Shown: positions 15,952-24,449 of the stretch, in pieces
Layout of the letters: each line of letters begins with the position of its first letter
Numbering within the stretch: position 1 is the first letter of the stretch
Origin: an uncultured Anaerolineales bacterium
GTDB lineage: Bacteria > Planctomycetota > Phycisphaerae > FEN-1346
NCBI GenBank assembly: GCA_964354185.1
Contig: CAYGZE010000003.1
Span: 1-35,358 of the forward strand
Direction of reading: 5' to 3'
Length of the DNA stretch: 35,358 bases
The notes under the pieces: generated by a model
Seen by the model: only the letters and a program-made list of their open reading frames with translations
Told to the model about the DNA's origin: nothing
The model's database searches: none
Made by a program: the position numbers and the translations under genes

Positions 15952-16980
15952 TCACCGCTCGATGTACCGCCAGAGCGGATTCGTCTCGGCCAAGTCCTCC
16001 GGGCCGAACGACTCCACGCGCCCATCGCAGAAGAGCACGTTGGCTTGGCCGAAGTGCCTCAGGGACTGGTAATACTGCCAATCGGCGGCCGTCTCGCCGT
16101 GCTTGTACCGTGCGCGCCACGCGTCGGGGTCGGAGATGAAGCACTTGTCCCAGTCATCGTCCGTGTCCACCCCGCCGGCGTTGTAGTCGGCCACGAGGTA
16201 GGGGTAATCCAGGATGAAGATGATCCTGGGATCGACGGAGAACACGTCGGTGCCGTCCCGCATCTCGTAGGTGCCCTTGCTCAGCCCATAGTCGCTCCAC
16301 CCGCCCGGATCGCTGTTCTCCCACTTGAAGGAGTCGTCCTGGTGCACCCAGTCGCCCAGGATGACCTTGTTGTCATACTTGAGGTCATGTCTCCACTCTT
16401 CCCAGGAGCCGGTCGGGTTACAGTGGACCTTCTCGATCTTGACGGGCGTCGCCCCCTCATACCAGACCTTGAGGCGTATGTCATCGTAGGTGAAAATGCC
16501 CTTGAAGGGGTTGTCGTCCACCTCGAAGTAAACGTGATCGCCCTGCTGCGTGGCCCGGGTCCAACTGTCCGGAGCGTCAGGCTTCAGGGAGATGATGTAC
16601 TGGATTGCCCCGGTGCTCTTGTTGTAGATGTAGAACTCGAGGTTGCAGGCGGCCGGGGGCGGAACCTCCATAGTGCCGCCGGCCTCGTCCCGTATCCGGC
16701 CGCTTTCCGGGCAGGTCAGGGTGGCCTGGCCATCGTCCAGGTAGGGCACGATCAACTGCTGCCAGTGGACTCCGGTCGCGAACATGGCGGAATCCGAGGC
16801 CAGGCGGTAAGCGTACTGGGCCTTGTAGATGTTCCCCAGGTTGGCCTTGCAGCGGGTCTGGCGGAGGACCGTCCAGGCCGATGAACCGGCGGGGACCAGC
16901 AGCGCCACCAGAATGGCGATGACGGTTACGACGACGAGGAGTTCAACCAGCGAGAACGCCCCTCGGCTTGACCGGTTCAT
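15952..16980 (-). CDS. Prepilin-type N-terminal cleavage/methylation protein with H-X9-DG motif (DUF1559-like), copy B
   Basis: GGAGG RBS and ATG 16980; A|FSLVELLVV hydrophobic helix; C..NL; C-terminal RHFGQANVLFCDG. Confidence 0.9.
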   Translation of the reverse strand: MNRSSRGAFSLVELLVVVTVIAILVALLVPAGSSAWTVLRQTRCKANLGNIYKAQYAYRLASDSAMFATGVHWQQLIVPYLDDGQATLTCPESGRIRDEAGGTMEVPPPAACNLEFYIYNKSTGAIQYIISLKPDAPDSWTRATQQGDHVYFEVDDNPFKGIFTYDDIRLKVWYEGATPVKIEKVHCNPTGSWEEWRHDLKYDNKVILGDWVHQDDSFKWENSDPGGWSDYGLSKGTYEMRDGTDVFSVDPRIIFILDYPYLVADYNAGGVDTDDDWDKCFISDPDAWRARYKHGETAADWQYYQSLRHFGQANVLFCDGRVESFGPEDLAETNPLWRYIER

Positions 16981-17036
16981 CCACACCCTCCCCTGCCGGG
17001 CCCTCGAATCCGAAAGCCTCGGGGACCACCTGCCTG

Positions 17037-17738
17037 TCACCGACTCGCCCGGGGATCCCTCGTTCCCTTCCTGGGCGGCGCATGCCTCGTGAGGCGTTGC
17101 ACCATCGCAGGCACGCTCATCTTCATGCGTTCGATGGCCTCGCGCCGCTCTTCGGGCGACGCCTTGGGATCGTATCCGAACCGGGCGCCGACCAATCGTT
17201 CCAGGGCCCCCACCTCCCGGGCCTGGGCGGCACGGTCCGTTTCCCTTTGCACCTGCGCCAGAAGGAGCATCGCGTCCTCGTACTCCCCTGCCCGGCCGAG
17301 GCCGGCTGACGCCGCTCCCCGGACCGCCGGGTCCGGTTCGGCCTCCACCATCTCCCGCAACTGCCGGACCGCCCCCTCGTCCTCGCGATACCCCAGAGCC
17401 ACGACGGCTTCCATGCGGACCGCCGGCCGCATCTCCTTCCTGGCGGTCTGCACCAGGGCCGTGGTGGCGGTCGGACTGCGCATCCGGCCCAGGCCGCGTA
17501 CCGCCTCGACCGCCGTGGCCAAGTCCTCATGGGTCGCGGCCTCGGTCAGAACGCTCACCGCCTTCTCCGTATCCTGCTTCGCCACGTCGCGAATACGCTT
17601 GACGCGTCCAGAGACGTCCGCCGATGGGGACGCATCCGGCTCACATGTGCATCCTGCGGCACACACGCCCGCCAGGAGGACCGAGACCCACCCCGGAAGG
17701 GCCCGGAACCACGCCCTTCGCCCCGGCCTCGCACCCAT
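17037..17738 (-). CDS. HEAT-repeat lipoprotein, copy B
   Basis: GGGGAG RBS and ATG 17738; lipobox AAG|C; HEAT repeats (AVEAVRGLGRM, VRMEAVVALG, VRGAASAGLG); C-terminal ALERLVG.RFGYDPKA.PEERR.AI.RM. Confidence 0.85.
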   Translation of the reverse strand: MGARPGRRAWFRALPGWVSVLLAGVCAAGCTCEPDASPSADVSGRVKRIRDVAKQDTEKAVSVLTEAATHEDLATAVEAVRGLGRMRSPTATTALVQTARKEMRPAVRMEAVVALGYREDEGAVRQLREMVEAEPDPAVRGAASAGLGRAGEYEDAMLLLAQVQRETDRAAQAREVGALERLVGARFGYDPKASPEERREAIERMKMSVPAMVQRLTRHAPPRKGTRDPRASR

Positions 17739-17810
17739 CCACAACTCCCCGCGTTGAGACACCGCCCCGGCGCCGCCCGCCTTGCCTTCCGCTCCGCGCA
17801 ACCCCGGCAC

Positions 17811-18953
17811 TCACAGGCCCGTGTACTTCCAGAGAGGGTTCGTGGACCTCAGGTCGTCCGCTGAGAGCCCTTCCACGTGGCCGTCGCAGAAGAGGACGTT
17901 CGCCCGCTCAAAGTGCCTCAGGGAGAAGTACTTGCGCCAGTGGAGTTCGCCGCTCACGTTGTACGTGCGATCCCACTCCTCCACGTCCGTGAAGAAGTAC
18001 TTGTTCCAGGGGTCGGGCACGCTGATGTTGGTGTAGTCGGCCAGCGACTTGCCGTAGTCGAGAATGAGGAACAGTTTGGAGTCCACGGCGGGCACGTCCC
18101 GCTCGAGGATCTCGTAAGAGCCGCGGCTGAGGCCGTAGTCGGACTGCTTGTAGTAGTGGCCCACGTAGATCGACTTGCCGTACGTACTCCCCCCCGTGCC
18201 CGTGTTGTTCCACGTACTCGGGTCCGGGGGGACGTACTCGCCGACGTTGTGAGTCGACGCGTACTCATCGATGTTGTGCACGGCCACCTTGCCGTTGATG
18301 ATGAGGTCGAAGCGGTAGGCCTGGCTGCCGTGCTTGCCCTGGACGAGCGTCACCTCGCTCGGGGTGGAACCGACGAACTTCACGACGACGTCGATATCCT
18401 TGAAGTCCCGGTCGCCGCCGCCGATGTATCCGAGGTCCTCGATCTGGTAGCGGTAATCATTCCTCCCGACCTGCGTCCTCCGGGCCCACTCGGAGTTGAT
18501 GCTGACGTTCCACAACTTGTTCTGGAAGGAGGGGCCGTCATAGACGTCGAACGAGAAGGAGTCGCCGATGAAGTCCTCGGGCCGGCCTTCGTTCTCCTCG
18601 TCCTCGTCCGAGGTTTCCTCTTCGGAGCCGCCGCCGGACCAACTGCCGCTCCCGCCGGAGGCCTGGCTGGACTCCCAGCCCTCGGGGCAGTTGAAGACGC
18701 TGTCGTTGGTTACATAGGACGCGAGTTTGACCGCCCAGTCGCCGCCTCCGGCAAACAGGGTCGAGTTGTTTTCGTTGCGCCAGGCCTGCTGGGCCTTGTA
18801 GAGCGTGCCCAGGTTCGACATGCACTGGGTCACATGGACCGTCTTCCACACGGTCGCGAGGCCCGGCATGAGCAGGGCAACCAGTACGGCGATGACGGAC
18901 ATCACCACCAGGAGTTCGACAAGGGTGAACGCACGACGGGTCAAGCGTGTCAT
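17811..18953 (-). CDS. Prepilin-type N-terminal cleavage/methylation protein with H-X9-DG motif (DUF1559-like), copy A
   Basis: GGAGG RBS; A|FTLVELLVV; C-terminal RHFERANVLFCDG; central IEDLGYIGGGDRDFKDIDV motif. Confidence 0.92.
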   Translation of the reverse strand: MTRLTRRAFTLVELLVVMSVIAVLVALLMPGLATVWKTVHVTQCMSNLGTLYKAQQAWRNENNSTLFAGGGDWAVKLASYVTNDSVFNCPEGWESSQASGGSGSWSGGGSEEETSDEDEENEGRPEDFIGDSFSFDVYDGPSFQNKLWNVSINSEWARRTQVGRNDYRYQIEDLGYIGGGDRDFKDIDVVVKFVGSTPSEVTLVQGKHGSQAYRFDLIINGKVAVHNIDEYASTHNVGEYVPPDPSTWNNTGTGGSTYGKSIYVGHYYKQSDYGLSRGSYEILERDVPAVDSKLFLILDYGKSLADYTNISVPDPWNKYFFTDVEEWDRTYNVSGELHWRKYFSLRHFERANVLFCDGHVEGLSADDLRSTNPLWKYTGL

Positions 18954-19066
18954 GGCATCCCTCCGTCTCTCTTCCCGCGAGCGGCTCCCTACGCCGGGCG
19001 CCGCCCGGCCTGGGCACGACCGATCTCGCCTATCTGGCGCGCGGCCCCGTGACCGGACCGCGATGC

Positions 19067-19732
19067 CTACTCCCGTTTCTCGTCCTTCTTCGGGAAGCCG
19101 GCTGCCGCCGCCCTCGCCACCATGCGCATGCGGTCGATCGCCTTCCTACGCTCGGCCGGCAGGGCCTTCGGGTCATAGTAGAACGTCAAGCCCACGAGCC
19201 GCTCGATCGCCCCCATGGCCCGGCTCTCGACCGGCAGGTCCTCCGGCGCGGAGGCCGTCTCGACCGCCCCGACGAGCACGTCCACGTCGGCGACCGAGCC
19301 CACGTTGCCCAGGCTGGCGGCCGCCTCGGCCCGAACGTCCGGACTCTGGTCGGTCTGGACCATCTGCCTGAGGACCTTGACCGACGCCTCCGAGGGCCGC
19401 TGGCCCATCACCGCCGCCGCCTCGCGGCGGATCCTCGGCCGGGCGTCCCGCAGCGCCACCTGGCTGACCACCTCGGTCGCGCGCCGGTTGGTCATCCGGC
19501 CCAGCGCCCACACGGCGTCTCCGGCCGTGGCCAGATCCTCGTGGCCGACCATCTTGCTGATCTCCTCGGCGGCCGACTCCGAGTCTTCCTTCGCCAAGGC
19601 CGCCAGCGCTGCCCGCCGTTCCTTGGCATCGGATGCCTCAAGGCCCTTGGCCGAATCCCGACAGCCGCACAAGACGATCCCCGCCGTCAGGAGTATCGAC
19701 AGCCCTGCCAGGGCGGCCCTATAAGATCTCAT
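19067..19732 (-). CDS. HEAT-repeat lipoprotein, copy A
   Basis: GGAGG RBS and ATG 19732; lipobox LCG|C; HEAT repeats; C-terminal AIERLVGLTFYYDPKALPAERRKAIDRM matches copy B. Confidence 0.85.
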   Translation of the reverse strand: MRSYRAALAGLSILLTAGIVLCGCRDSAKGLEASDAKERRAALAALAKEDSESAAEEISKMVGHEDLATAGDAVWALGRMTNRRATEVVSQVALRDARPRIRREAAAVMGQRPSEASVKVLRQMVQTDQSPDVRAEAAASLGNVGSVADVDVLVGAVETASAPEDLPVESRAMGAIERLVGLTFYYDPKALPAERRKAIDRMRMVARAAAAGFPKKDEKRE

Positions 19733-19801
19733 TTCGGCTTCGCCTCCGGGGGCACAAGCCCTTGTCACAGACCCGTCCCGACATGTGTCCCCTCTGCCCG
19801 T

Positions 19802-19829
19802 ATTATACTGCCCGCCAGGGGTTATGCAA
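19802..19829 (-). promoter_or_regulatory. Putative sigma70 promoter TTGCAT-N16-TATAAT for the HEAT/pilin cassettes, overlapping a sigma54-like site at 19825-19840
   Basis: Perfect TATAAT (19807-19802) and TTGCAT (19829-19824) on the minus strand. Confidence 0.6.
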
Positions 19830-19926
19830 GGCACGTTCCTGAGGTCCGGGCGCTTTCGCGCCCACCGCGGGCAACTGCGCCGCCGCGGGGAGGCCGGTCT
19901 CCGCTTCCAGGTGAGAGGACTTCTGG

Positions 19927-19953
19927 AAAACGGGGCGCCGGCTTGCTGGCGCC
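19927..19953 (-). terminator. Possible intrinsic terminator of proS
   Basis: GGCGCCAGC-AA-GCCGGCGCC stem followed by CCGTTTT, directly after TAA. Confidence 0.4.
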
Positions 19954-19959
19954 GCTTTC

Positions 19960-21384
19960 TTAATACGCCCTGGCGAAGGGGACTCGCTTGGCCGGCCCCT
20001 TGCCACAGACGATGCAGCCGCTCGACGCTTCGCCGTCGTCCGGCACCACGCGGACCGTCGCCTTCGTCTCCTCGCTGATGCGGGCCTCGCATTCCGCACT
20101 TCCGCACCATGGGGCGAACACAAAGCCGCCGGGGCCTTCCAGGGTGTCCTTGAGGGCATCGTAGGTGTCCGCCTGGTGACAGGACGCTGCGAGCCGCTCG
20201 CGCCCCTTCTGAAGGAGCGACTGCTGGATCTCCTCCAGGAGGCCGGGGACGCGCATCGCGATCTCCGCTTGGGCCATGGGCGTCTTCTCGCCGGTGTCGC
20301 GGCGGACGAGGACCGCCTGGCCTTTCTCCATGTCCTTCGGGCCAAGTTCGACCCGGATCGGGACCCCCTTGAGCTCCCACTCGTTGAACTTCCACCCGGG
20401 CGAGACGTTGTCGCGATCGTCCACCTTGACGCGGACCTGGTCGCCGAACGGCTCGGCGATCCGCACGGCCGCCGTCTGGATGGCCGCGTTGTCGGCCCCG
20501 CTCTTGGGAATGGGGATGACGACTACCTCGATCGGCGCAAGGCGCGGCGGCAGGATCAGGCCCGCGTCGTCTGAGTGGCTCATCACCAGGGCTCCGACCA
20601 GGCGCGTCGAAACGCCCCAGGACGTCGCATAGACGTACTCCAGTTGCCCGTCCTTGTTCTGGAACTGGACGTCGAACGCCTTGGCGAAGTTCTGGCCCAG
20701 GTAGTGGCTCGTGCCGGCCTGAAGGGCCTTGCCGTCCTGCATCATGGCCTCGATGGCGTAGGTGGTGACGGCCCCGGCGAACTTCTCGGCGTCGCTCTTG
20801 CGGCCGGTGAGGACAGGAATGGCCATCCAGTCCTCGGCGAAGCGGCGGTAGACGCCGAGGATTCGCGTCGCCTCCTCGATCGCCTCGGCCTCCGTGGCGT
20901 GGGCGGTGTGCCCTTCCTGCCAGAGGAACTCCAAGGTCCGGAGGAACAGGCGCGTCCGCATCTCCCACCGCACGATGTTCGCCCACTGGTTATAGAGGAG
21001 CGGCAGGTCGCGCCACGACTGGATCCACTTCTTATACATCGCCCAGATGATCGTCTCGGAGGTGGGCCGGATGACGAGCGGCTCCTCCAGTTCCTTGTCG
21101 CCGCCACGCGTCACGACCGCGCACTCCGGGGCGAACCCCGCCACGTGCTCCGCTTCCTTTTCGAGGAACGACTTCGGGATCAAGAGGGGAAAGTAGGCGT
21201 TCGAGTGCCCCGTGGCCTTGAACATGTCGTCCAGGGCCCGCTGCATCCGCTCCCAGATGGCGTAGCCCCACGGCCGGATGACCATGCATCCCTTGACGGG
21301 GGCGTAGTCGGCCATCTCGGCCCGCGTCACAATGTCGATGTACCACTGGCTGTAGTCTTCGCTGCGCTTCGTGATCTTGGCCAC
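19960..21384 (-). CDS. proS: Proline--tRNA ligase (archaeal/eukaryote-like type)
   Basis: [76 protein letters not shown] and C-terminal FARAY. GTG 21384 follows an AGGAG RBS. Confidence 0.97.
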   Translation of the reverse strand: MAKITKRSEDYSQWYIDIVTRAEMADYAPVKGCMVIRPWGYAIWERMQRALDDMFKATGHSNAYFPLLIPKSFLEKEAEHVAGFAPECAVVTRGGDKELEEPLVIRPTSETIIWAMYKKWIQSWRDLPLLYNQWANIVRWEMRTRLFLRTLEFLWQEGHTAHATEAEAIEEATRILGVYRRFAEDWMAIPVLTGRKSDAEKFAGAVTTYAIEAMMQDGKALQAGTSHYLGQNFAKAFDVQFQNKDGQLEYVYATSWGVSTRLVGALVMSHSDDAGLILPPRLAPIEVVVIPIPKSGADNAAIQTAAVRIAEPFGDQVRVKVDDRDNVSPGWKFNEWELKGVPIRVELGPKDMEKGQAVLVRRDTGEKTPMAQAEIAMRVPGLLEEIQQSLLQKGRERLAASCHQADTYDALKDTLEGPGGFVFAPWCGSAECEARISEETKATVRVVPDDGEASSGCIVCGKGPAKRVPFARAY

Positions 21385-21425
21385 GTCCCTCGTCTCCTGG
21401 CTCGGGGCGGTCTTACCGAGGCCCC

Positions 21426-21454
21426 ATTCTACGGACCCCGCCTCCGCGGAGCAA
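21426..21454 (-). promoter_or_regulatory. Putative sigma70 promoter TTGCTC-N17-TAGAAT for proS
   Basis: Minus strand TTGCTC (21454-21449), 17-nt spacer, TAGAAT (21431-21426). Confidence 0.55.
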
Positions 21455-21587
21455 CCATCCACTGGCCCCGGCGGGCGGCTGGAATTTTCCTGCACTCCCG
21501 CCCATTGCCCGGCCGATGAGTTTAGAGAGCGAGGGACTTCCGGCCACCTTGTGCCGTTCGACTCCAGCGCCGAGCCTCGAGGGGTCT

Positions 21588-21935
21588 ATGGTTCAAGTCG
21601 ACGCAACCGGCAAAGTCGTCTTCCGTTTCATCCACGTCGCCGGCGCGCCCGTGTTCCTTGTGGGCGACTTCTGCCATTGGCAGCCGGACCACCTGCCCAT
21701 GCGGCAGATCGCACCGCACGAGTGGATCTTGATGCTCCGCCTGCCGCCGGGCACCTACGAGTTCCGGTACTACTCGGGCGGCCAGTGGTACACCGACTTC
21801 GCCGCGTTCGGCGGCATCCGGAACCGCTTCGGCGGCCTGAACTCGATCCTTCGCATCCCGAAGAGCCGGCCCGCGGCTGCCGCCCCTGCCCGATTCCGCC
21901 GGGTCGCCGCCCGGCGCCTCGCGAGGATCGCTTGA
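21588..21935 (+). CDS. Stand-alone glycogen-binding CBM48/AMPK-beta-like domain protein
   Basis: GAGGGG RBS and ATG 21588; VFLVGDFCHW, W...LRLPPGTYEFRY...GQW.TD and NRFGGLNS motifs. Confidence 0.85.
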   Translation: MVQVDATGKVVFRFIHVAGAPVFLVGDFCHWQPDHLPMRQIAPHEWILMLRLPPGTYEFRYYSGGQWYTDFAAFGGIRNRFGGLNSILRIPKSRPAAAAPARFRRVAARRLARIA

Positions 21936-21984
21936 CGGCGCCGACGGCGCCTTGACGCCATCCGCAAAACCCGGGAAGGGCTGG

Positions 21985-22016
21985 GAGCGGGCCGCCTGAG
22001 GGCGGCCCTGCTCTTT
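21985..22016 (+). terminator. Probable intrinsic terminator after the CBM48 gene
   Basis: GAGC-GGGCCGCC-TGAG-GGCGGCCC-T-GCTC followed by TTT. Confidence 0.5.
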
Positions 22017-22049
22017 CGGCCCGCCTGCGGCTCCAGATCCCCCGAACCG

Positions 22050-22077
22050 TTGACACGCGGTCCTCGAAGCGTACCAT
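22050..22077 (+). promoter_or_regulatory. Putative sigma70 promoter TTGACA-N16-TACCAT
   Basis: Perfect -35 TTGACA at 22050-22055 and TACCAT at 22072-22077, upstream of GTG 22135. Confidence 0.55.
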
Positions 22078-22134
22078 GCCTGCGAGGCGGCGTCGGCGCC
22101 GGGGCCGGCGACCTGCCCGACCGGGGATCGTCGC

Positions 22135-23244
22135 GTGGCCGCACCCATCCGCATCCTGGCGCTCGAGCCGTTCCTCGGGAGCCTCCACGCCGACTTCCTG
22201 GCGGGCCTGCGCGAGCGGAGCCGCCACGCGTGGACGGCCCTCGTCATGCCCGCGCGGCAGTGGCGTTGGCGGATGCGAGGGGCGGCCCTGCACCTGGCGC
22301 ACGAGGCGGCCGGACTGGCGGGCAAGGGGCTCGACCTCCTCTTCGCGGGCGGCTACCTGAATCTGGCCGACTTCCGCGCGTTGGCGCCCCCGGCGATCGG
22401 CCGCCTGCCGGCCGTCGTCTACCTCCACGACAGCCAACTTGCCCGCCCGGTCGAGCCCGGCCAGCGGCGCGACCTGGAGTACGACTTCGTCAACCTCGTG
22501 ACGGCCCTTGCCGCCACCGAGGTCTGGCTCAACTCGGCGTTCCACCGCGAGGCGTTCCTCGGGGCCGCCCGCGCCCTGCTGGCCGAGATGCCCGACTTCG
22601 TGCCGGCTGGCCTGGTCGAAGGCCTGACGGCCAAGGCCCGCGTCATGCCGCCCGCCGCCGACCTCCGGCCCTTCGTTCCCGGCCGCGCGCGCAAGCGGAA
22701 GCCTCCGTTGACGATCCTCTGGAACCAGCGCTGGGAACTCGAGTCAAACCCCGAGGCGTTCTTTGAGGCCCTCTACCTTCTCGACCAGCAGAAGGTCCCC
22801 TTCCGCCTGGCGGTCGTGGGCGAGGCGATGCGCCGCTGGCCTCGTGCGTTCGAGGAGGCCCGCCGCCGCCTGGCCGACCGCCTGGTCCGCTTCGGCTACA
22901 TCCCCGACCGCAGGGACTACGAGGACCAGGTCCGCCGGTCGGACGTCGTCGTCTCGACAGCCCGCCACGAGTTCTTCGGCCTGCCCGTCGTCGAGGCGGC
23001 GGCCGCGGGGTGCTTTCCGCTCGTGCCGGCCACGCTGAGTTACCCGGAGATCGTCCCGGCCGATCTGCACGGGACGTTCCTCTACCGGGACGAGCGGGAA
23101 CTGCGCGTCAAACTGGCCCGGGTCCTCAAGGGCAAGGCCCCCTGGGACCACCTCGCGAGACTTGCCGACCACGTGCAGCGATATGACTGGGGCAACCGCA
23201 TCCGCGAGTTCGACGAGGCCCTCGAGCGCGCCGCCGGCGCGTGA
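22135..23244 (+). CDS. DUF3524/GTDC1-like GT-B (GT4-like) glycosyltransferase
   Basis: ILALEPFLGSLH, PARQWRWRMRG.A, YLHDSQL, NSAFH, ILWNQRWE..SNPE.F, DVVVSTARHEFFG..VVEA and LSYPE motifs. Confidence 0.88.
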   Translation: MAAPIRILALEPFLGSLHADFLAGLRERSRHAWTALVMPARQWRWRMRGAALHLAHEAAGLAGKGLDLLFAGGYLNLADFRALAPPAIGRLPAVVYLHDSQLARPVEPGQRRDLEYDFVNLVTALAATEVWLNSAFHREAFLGAARALLAEMPDFVPAGLVEGLTAKARVMPPAADLRPFVPGRARKRKPPLTILWNQRWELESNPEAFFEALYLLDQQKVPFRLAVVGEAMRRWPRAFEEARRRLADRLVRFGYIPDRRDYEDQVRRSDVVVSTARHEFFGLPVVEAAAAGCFPLVPATLSYPEIVPADLHGTFLYRDERELRVKLARVLKGKAPWDHLARLADHVQRYDWGNRIREFDEALERAAGA

Positions 23245-24449
23245 ACGGCCCGCCATCCGCACGACTTCCCATGGCAACAGACTGCGACTACCTCGAGCGT
23301 CTGTCGGCCGCGGACACCTGCGCGCTTGCGCGGCGGCTCCTGGGCTGGTTCCGGCGGCACCGGCGTGACCTGCCCTGGCGGCGGACGCGCAATCCGTACC
23401 ACATCTGGGTCAGTGAGGTCATGCTCCAGCAGACGCAGGTTCCGACCGTCCTCTCCTACTACGCGCGGTTCCTCGCGCGGTTCCCGACGGTCGAGGCCCT
23501 GGCCGCGGCCCCGGACCAGGCGGTCCTCAAGGTCTGGCAGGGCCTCGGCTACTACCGGCGGGCGCGGAACCTGCACGCGGCCGCGAGGATCGTCGCACGC
23601 GATCATGGCGGGCGCGTTCCGGACGATCCGGAGGCGTTCGGCCGCCTGCCCGGCGTCGGGCGGTACACGGCCGGCGCGGTCCTCTCGATCGCCTTCGGGC
23701 GGCCCCTGGCGGCGCTCGACTCAAACGCCATCCGCGTCCTCGCCCGCTGGTTCGCCGTCACGGAGCCGGTCGCGCAGGCGCGGGTGCACTGCGCACTCTG
23801 GACCCTCGCGGAGACGCTTGTGCCGCGCGGCGCGCCCGGCGACTGGAACCAAGCCGTCATGGAACTCGGGAGCGAGGTCTGCACGCCCCGCGCGCCCGGC
23901 TGCCTCCTCTGCCCCGTCGGTCGCTTCTGCCTCGCGGCCGCGCGGGGCATCCAGGCGCGTGTCCCCGTCCGCGCCAAGCGCAAGGCCGTCCCACACATCG
24001 AGGTGGGCGCCGGGATCATCTGGCGGCGCGGGCGGGTCCTCCTGTGCCGGCGCCGCGCCGACGCCATGCTCGGCGGCCTGTGGGAGTTCCCCGGCGGCAA
24101 GCGCCAGCCGGGCGAGTCCATCGAGGAGTGCATCCGGCGGGAACTCCGGGAGGAGTGCGACCTGGCCGTCATCGTCGGCAACCACCTCGTCGACGTGACG
24201 CACACCTACACCCACCTGCGCGTGACCCTGCGCGTGTACCACTGCCGCGCGGGACCCGGGCGAGTCCGGCGGATCGGCTGCGACGACGCCCGGTGGGTCC
24301 AGCCTGCCGAGATCGCCGACTTCCCCCTGCCGGCGGCCGACGTGCGGATCCTGGAGGCGCTGGGCCTGCCGCCCGACTGGGCGAGGGCCGCGACGCGCGG
24401 CCACACCGGCCGCACGCAAGGGCCGGGCCGGCCGCCGAAGACGCCCTAG
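23241..24449 (+). CDS. mutY: A/G-specific adenine glycosylase MutY with C-terminal Nudix (MutT-like) domain
   Basis: RDLPWR, PYHIWVSEVMLQQT, WQGLGYY.RARNLH, LPGVGRYTAGA, Fe-S C-x6-C-x2-C-x5-C, GLWEFPGG. Start is GTG 23241 (GTGA overlap) or ATG 23271. Confidence 0.95.
   Translation: MNGPPSARLPMATDCDYLERLSAADTCALARRLLGWFRRHRRDLPWRRTRNPYHIWVSEVMLQQTQVPTVLSYYARFLARFPTVEALAAAPDQAVLKVWQGLGYYRRARNLHAAARIVARDHGGRVPDDPEAFGRLPGVGRYTAGAVLSIAFGRPLAALDSNAIRVLARWFAVTEPVAQARVHCALWTLAETLVPRGAPGDWNQAVMELGSEVCTPRAPGCLLCPVGRFCLAAARGIQARVPVRAKRKAVPHIEVGAGIIWRRGRVLLCRRRADAMLGGLWEFPGGKRQPGESIEECIRRELREECDLAVIVGNHLVDVTHTYTHLRVTLRVYHCRAGPGRVRRIGCDDARWVQPAEIADFPLPAADVRILEALGLPPDWARAATRGHTGRTQGPGRPPKTP

Noticed and set aside
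19733-20986. Long N-terminal extension of the 639-aa ORF 19067..20986
   Set aside because: Shadow frame of proS; the HEAT lipoprotein begins at ATG 19732 with an RBS and signal peptide.
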